Source: an uncultured virus (IMG/VR IMGVR_UViG_3300015371_000019)
Lineage: Duplodnaviria; Heunggongvirae; Uroviricota; Caudoviricetes
DNA: 20,000 bases
Reading direction: 5' to 3' (one strand)
Virus record (IMG/VR): IMGVR_UViG_3300015371_000019
Positions 16,125-20,000 of the stretch are shown piece after piece. The notes under the pieces are model-generated. The model was not told where the DNA came from, did no database searches, and saw only the letters and a program-made list of their open reading frames with translations. Each line of letters begins with the position of its first letter. The first letter of the stretch is position 1. Both the position numbers and the translations under genes were made by a program.

Positions 16125-16358
16125 TTACGAGAACCACGAGTTGAGGACACCCTCGACCGGGCCACCGGACTCGGGTTTGGTTTGGTCGGACATGCCGACC
16201 ATGAGCTCGAGCTCGGCCCGGGCCGTCCGGCTTAATTGGTTGTCGAGCAGGGCGAACCGGAGGGCTTTATGGAGGATGGCCATTTGGATACCGGACAGCT
16301 CAATGGTGAACGCCCGCGGGTGTAATTTGATTGTTTGTGTTTTCGAATTTTTACTCAT
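16125..16358 (-). CDS. Hypothetical protein (77 aa), first gene of the cassette block
   Basis: ATG lies 5 nt after the -10 box of promoter P2. Stop lies inside R13. Confidence 0.7.
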   Translation of the reverse strand: MSKNSKTQTIKLHPRAFTIELSGIQMAILHKALRFALLDNQLSRTARAELELMVGMSDQTKPESGGPVEGVLNSWFS

Positions 16359-16444
16359 GCGCTAATATGGCCCCGGCTTGATATCCCGTCAACACCGGGT
16401 TCTCTAAAATTTTAGAATAATCTGCTGGACCATCGGGATGGACC
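16356..16444 (-). promoter_or_regulatory. Sigma70-like leaderless promoter module P2 (paralog of P1)
   Basis: TTGACG (16387-16392), 17 bp, CATATT (16364-16369), 5 nt, ATG. Perfect palindrome TCTAAAATTTTAGA at 16403-16416. TGGACC-N7-TGGACC at 16426-16444. Confidence 0.7.
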
Positions 16445-16491
16445 TTCGGAGGGTCCCGACGGACCGGGAAGGCATGGAAAAGGTAGTGCCT

Positions 16492-17349
16492 TTACATAGC
16501 CACAAATCGGCGGAGCCGGGCGAGCTCCCGGTCGTCCATCGTCCCGGGATCGTCGGACCGGGAATTGAGGAGGACCGTCCGGCCGGGTAGGGCACCGAGC
16601 TCCCCGGCCAACCTCCGGGCAACGTGGCCGGCGTCCCGGTCCAGAAGGATGAACCGGCGGGGCACTTGGGCGATCAGCCGGACCTGGGCCGGGGTATAAG
16701 CAGAGCCGAACAGGGCGCCCGCTCCGGGCCCGATCCTCCACACATCCGCGGGACCCTCGACCACAACGATTGAATCCCGGACGAAGTCCAACCCGTAGAT
16801 CAAGTCCTTGATCGGGGTGGCTTCTTCCTCCGGTGCGGCGGAGATGTACCGTGGCTGGGCCTTCCCGACGGCCCGGGTTGTCCACGATACCCGTTGCCCG
16901 CGGAACAGGACCGGGATGTAAAGTCGCCACGGGAGGACCGGGAGCAGACCCAATCCCTCCAGGCCCCACATCCGCTCCAGCTCCAGCGCGTCGAACCCGC
17001 GGCCCTTGAGATATCGTCGGTGGACGGGAAGCAACGGGCCCCGGCCGGCGGGTTCCTTCAACCGGCCGGCCACCTTCTCCCGGACCTCACGGACCGGGCG
17101 GACCTCCCAGAAGGACCGGATCCTCTCCTCCGGCACCCTCCAGAGGGTAAGGACTTTCCGGGCAGGCATCCACCCACATCTCCAACAATGAAAGTAACGG
17201 CCGGCGAGGTTGAACCCTAGGTGGAACTTATTGGAACCCGGCCCGCAGGACGGGCAGTCGAGTTGGAGCCAGCCTTCGCGGGCATGCCGGTGGCCTCCCT
17301 CGACGAAAGGGACCTTCCATTCCCGGAACATTTCCTGGGCTGAATCCAT
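16492..17349 (-). CDS. DNA primase (zinc-binding domain plus TOPRIM)
   Basis: CPSC...FHCWRCG zinc ribbon. TOPRIM motifs VVVEGPADV, LLDRD and DDPG. Confidence 0.85.
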   Translation of the reverse strand: MDSAQEMFREWKVPFVEGGHRHAREGWLQLDCPSCGPGSNKFHLGFNLAGRYFHCWRCGWMPARKVLTLWRVPEERIRSFWEVRPVREVREKVAGRLKEPAGRGPLLPVHRRYLKGRGFDALELERMWGLEGLGLLPVLPWRLYIPVLFRGQRVSWTTRAVGKAQPRYISAAPEEEATPIKDLIYGLDFVRDSIVVVEGPADVWRIGPGAGALFGSAYTPAQVRLIAQVPRRFILLDRDAGHVARRLAGELGALPGRTVLLNSRSDDPGTMDDRELARLRRFVAM

Positions 17350-17370
17350 AGCGTTGTCTTTGCGTTGTCT

Positions 17371-18723
17371 TCAACGATTCCTTCCAAGGCCGCGTAGTAG
17401 CTCGTCAAACACGTCCAAGTCTGTCGAACGCGCTTTCCCGTCCAAGACTGCGTCGAGTATCGAAGCCTTGCGCTTTAATATCTTCATGAGCTTCTCCTCC
17501 ACGGTGTCGATGGCGACCAAATAGTAAATGAGGACCGGGTGCTTCTGGGTGATGCGGTGCGTCCGGTCCTCTGCTTGGAGGAGGTCGCCCGGTGTCCAAG
17601 GGAGGTCGAAGAAGAAGGTCCGCCAGGCCGCCGTCAAAGTGATGCCCGTCCCGGCGGCCTGGAGGTTGCCGAGGAGGAGCCGGATCCGCTTGTTCGTTTG
17701 GAAAGCCCGGTGGACGGTTTCCCGGTGCCGCCCAGTCACCCGGCCGTCGAGGATAACCGCGCGGTGACCATACTCCTTGTAAAGGGTATCGACGACGAAG
17801 GTGTGCCGGGTAAAGCCCACGATCTTCTCCCGCGGGTTGGCCTCGAGGAGATCGTCAATCCACCCCTTCGCTTGGTCGAGCTTGAGCTTGGCGACGAGCC
17901 GGAGCAGATACCCGATGCGGGTGAGGGCCTGGCTGCGAGCTGCCCGTAAGGCCCGGGCTGGGCTGATGGACCGGAGCCAACCTAGGAAGTCCTGTTCTGC
18001 TTGGTCATACTCCTTCCGGTCCTCCAACCGGAATGGAACGACCTGTCGGGTTTTGGCCGGGAGCTCTGTCTGTACATCCTTTTTGAGGCGGCGGATCATA
18101 CAGGACTCCGCCAACAACCGGTTCAGCTGTTTCAGATCCTGAGCCCCGTCATACTTCCAGCCCCAAGGCGTCCACCGGGGAGCACAATACTTCCAAGCGT
18201 AATGACGGACGGAGGGAAAGAGGTCCGGGCGGATCATATGTAAGGCCGGCCACAATTCGATCGGCCGGTTCACCAACGGGGTGCCTGACAACCCGATGAC
18301 GGACGGGACACCGCGGGTTAAAGCTAGCGCGGCCTTCGTCCGTTTGGCCCGGAGGGACTTGCAGTAATGGACTTCGTCTATGATCACACACTCCGGCCTC
18401 AACCGGAGGAGGATCGGGAGCCAGCTGTGGAGGATGTCGTAGTTGATGATGTAGATGCCCCGCTTCGAGAGGGAATCACGGCCTCCGTTCCGCCCCTCGA
18501 GCACTTCAGTCCGTAGGTCGAAGTGGTCGGAGGCCTCCAGCTGCCACACATACTTCATGGAAGCCGGGGACACAATGATCACCGGGCGTCGGGTTGGAAT
18601 CTTCGTCACCCAGTAGAGGGCTTGGATTGTCTTGCCCAAGCCCATCTCATCGGCGAGTAAGGCCCGTCCACGAAACTGGTAGATCTGTTTGACGCCTTCG
18701 AGTTGAAAGGGTCGTAGCTTCAC
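17371..18723 (-). CDS. SNF2-family (HARP/SMARCAL1-like) helicase (450 aa)
   Basis: Motifs LRPFQ, LLADEMGLGKT, IIDEVH, LSGTPLVNRPIELW, MIRRLK, AAGTGITL and QAEDRTHRI. Confidence 0.92.
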   Translation of the reverse strand: MKLRPFQLEGVKQIYQFRGRALLADEMGLGKTIQALYWVTKIPTRRPVIIVSPASMKYVWQLEASDHFDLRTEVLEGRNGGRDSLSKRGIYIINYDILHSWLPILLRLRPECVIIDEVHYCKSLRAKRTKAALALTRGVPSVIGLSGTPLVNRPIELWPALHMIRPDLFPSVRHYAWKYCAPRWTPWGWKYDGAQDLKQLNRLLAESCMIRRLKKDVQTELPAKTRQVVPFRLEDRKEYDQAEQDFLGWLRSISPARALRAARSQALTRIGYLLRLVAKLKLDQAKGWIDDLLEANPREKIVGFTRHTFVVDTLYKEYGHRAVILDGRVTGRHRETVHRAFQTNKRIRLLLGNLQAAGTGITLTAAWRTFFFDLPWTPGDLLQAEDRTHRITQKHPVLIYYLVAIDTVEEKLMKILKRKASILDAVLDGKARSTDLDVFDELLRGLGRNR

Positions 18724-19331
18724 GATGCGCGAAACCGGGTGAGCAGGGCAGCACCCAGTTCCTGCACAGCTTGTTCAATACGGGTAGGGCATTCGACCTG
18801 ACGCTTCAGCTTGGCCTTGGCTTTCCTGAAGTGGGTGTGAGCCGTTCCCCGAAAGTCCTGCGGAATCTCCATTAGCAGTAATACCAGCTCCTGGCCGTCC
18901 TGGGAAAGCCCGGCCATGAGGTCCCATAACTCCGCTGGTGTTTCGTGTAACATCCGCCAGATTATCTGTCCGCAGTGTCGGGGCGGGGTGGAAGCGGATA
19001 GGACCGGGGTAGGTGGATCCTCGACGGCGACCTCCGGGAGGGTTTCAGCGAACTCGTAGTACACGATCTTCGCCGACCGTTTGGACTCCCGCATGATCCA
19101 GCTCTTCATTTGTTGGGTAACTACGAAGTGGCACCAGGAGGAGAACTTCATCTTGTGGCCCGTCCGGTACAGCCGGCACGCTTTCAGGAAGCACCAGTAA
19201 GCCTCGCTCTTAGCCTCCTCAAAGGTGACGGGGTACATTTGCGAATACCTCCAAGCAATCTTCCATAACATAGGCTGCACGTCCTTGAATACCTTGCGCG
19301 GGTTTAATCCGACGGCGGTCGATGATTTCAT
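18720..19331 (-). CDS. Sigma-70 region 2-like protein (putative phage sigma factor)
   Basis: MLWKIAWRY...FEEAKSEAYWCFLKACRLY....MKFSSWCHFVVTQQMKSWIMRE parallels sigma regions 2.1-2.4. No clear region 4 HTH is visible. Confidence 0.65.
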   Translation of the reverse strand: MKSSTAVGLNPRKVFKDVQPMLWKIAWRYSQMYPVTFEEAKSEAYWCFLKACRLYRTGHKMKFSSWCHFVVTQQMKSWIMRESKRSAKIVYYEFAETLPEVAVEDPPTPVLSASTPPRHCGQIIWRMLHETPAELWDLMAGLSQDGQELVLLLMEIPQDFRGTAHTHFRKAKAKLKRQVECPTRIEQAVQELGAALLTRFRAS

Positions 19332-19407
19332 AGTTTCATTTCACGGTGTCTTAGTTAGTTGGTTTTTAGCAACGGGGTAGGTTTAATATGCCAGCGTAGG
19401 TGGAATC

Positions 19408-19427
19408 AATTCTAAAATTTTAGAATT
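19408..19427. promoter_or_regulatory. Perfect 20-bp palindrome in the divergent intergenic region (putative operator)
   Basis: AATTCTAAAATTTTAGAATT, the third copy of the P1/P2 palindrome. Confidence 0.7.
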
Positions 19428-19467
19428 TTAGGGCCTCGTCCGGGGCCGCCGAAGATAATACGGTGCG

Positions 19468-20000
19468 ATGCTGAAACTTGAGTCATTACAACTGGAGAAC
19501 TTCCAATGCCATGGGAGGGTTGTCGTCGTCTTCTCTCCCACGATCACAACCATCAAGGGACCCTCCGACGTAGGCAAGTCCTCCATCCTCCGGGCCCTAG
19601 GTTGGGTTTGTCTCAACAACATACCCGGTGACGAGTTCATTAAGGAGGGGGAAAAGGAAACCACCGTCACCCTTACCCTCTCCGACGGGAAGGAGAAGCG
19701 GGTTATCGTCCGGCGGCGGGGCAAACACGACAACGCCTACGAGCTCGACGGGGAGGAGTACAAGGCCTTCGGGCAGGATGTCCCACCCGACATCCGGGAC
19801 CTGCTCCAACTCAACAATATCAACTTCCAGAACCAACATGACAGTCCGTTTTGGTTCAACGAGTCAGCCCCGGAGATCTCGCGGAGGCTGAACGCCGTGG
19901 TGGACCTAACCGTGATTGATACGGCCCTCTCCAACATCGCGGCGTCGGTCCGCCAAGCCCAAGAGAGGGTCGCCCTCACCGACGAGCGGCTGGTGGAGGC
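19468..20000 (+). CDS. SbcC/Rad50/SMC-like ATPase, partial
   Basis: Not in the track because it runs off the window. MLKLESLQLENFQCH...IKGPSDVGKSSILRAL (Walker A)...INFQNQHD (Q-loop), then the start of a coiled coil. Confidence 0.88.
   Translation, partial: MLKLESLQLENFQCHGRVVVVFSPTITTIKGPSDVGKSSILRALGWVCLNNIPGDEFIKEGEKETTVTLTLSDGKEKRVIVRRRGKHDNAYELDGEEYKAFGQDVPPDIRDLLQLNNINFQNQHDSPFWFNESAPEISRRLNAVVDLTVIDTALSNIAASVRQAQERVALTDERLVE

Larger units (their letters stand above)
9375..16133 (-). repeat. Array of 13 dispersed ~45-bp gene-junction repeats (putative promoter / recombination cassette sites)
   Basis: Copies: R1 9375-9420, R2 9627-9660, R3 9854-9890, R4 10086-10130, R5 10438-10482, R6 12959-13003, R7 13210-13253, R8 13570-13612, R9 13848-13893, R10 14245-14290, R11 15210-15255, R12 15696-15742, R13 16088-16133. 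Minus-strand consensus TTCYCR-N7-YGGGCC-N4-ACCCGCTWATA-..-ATG. All copies are co-oriented. Confidence 0.95.

Noticed and set aside
9375..16133. CRISPR array interpretation of the repeats
   Set aside because: The intervening sequences are whole ORFs of about 0.2-2.5 kb, the repeats are degenerate, and no cas genes are present.
9375..16133. Classical integron attC array
   Set aside because: There are no RYYYAAC/GTTRRRY core sites, no long imperfect palindromes and no IntI in the window.
1612..16165. Long N-terminal extensions given by the ORF track (e.g. starts 2187, 6969, 7877, 7996, 9249, 10340, 14084, 14829, 16165)
   Set aside because: They overlap upstream genes. Downstream starts fit translational coupling, RBS or the repeat-defined ATG better.
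16440..16456. Intrinsic terminator after the primase gene
   Set aside because: A hairpin is possible, but no U-tract follows on the coding strand.

Overview
This window looks like part of a GC-rich, probably uncultured phage or prophage genome. Almost all genes are on the minus strand. In transcription order they are: a sigma-factor-like gene, a SNF2/HARP-type helicase, a primase, a ~12 kb accessory island of small ORFs that includes a second SNF2-like helicase, a phage replication initiator, a DnaB-like helicase, a small winged-helix protein, and a 7-deazaguanine pathway (queD, queE, and a phosphoribosyltransferase that runs off the window, possibly fused to FolE). A divergent SbcC/Rad50-like ATPase starts on the plus strand at the right end. 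The most striking feature is an array of 13 copies of a ~45-bp element between 9375 and 16133. On the minus strand its consensus is TTCYCR-N7-YGGGCC-N4-ACCCGCTWATA..ATG. Copies sit at gene junctions, often supply the upstream gene's last codons and stop, and fix the next ATG 12-15 nt downstream with no Shine-Dalgarno sequence. Several junctions show scars of recombination at the element. The array looks like a set of promoter-cassettes that may be read by the phage sigma factor and that double as shuffling sites. Two duplicated sigma70-type promoter modules, each with a palindromic AT-rich site and TGGACC direct-repeat pairs, head the two cassette blocks. All family calls come from motif recognition by eye; no searches were run.
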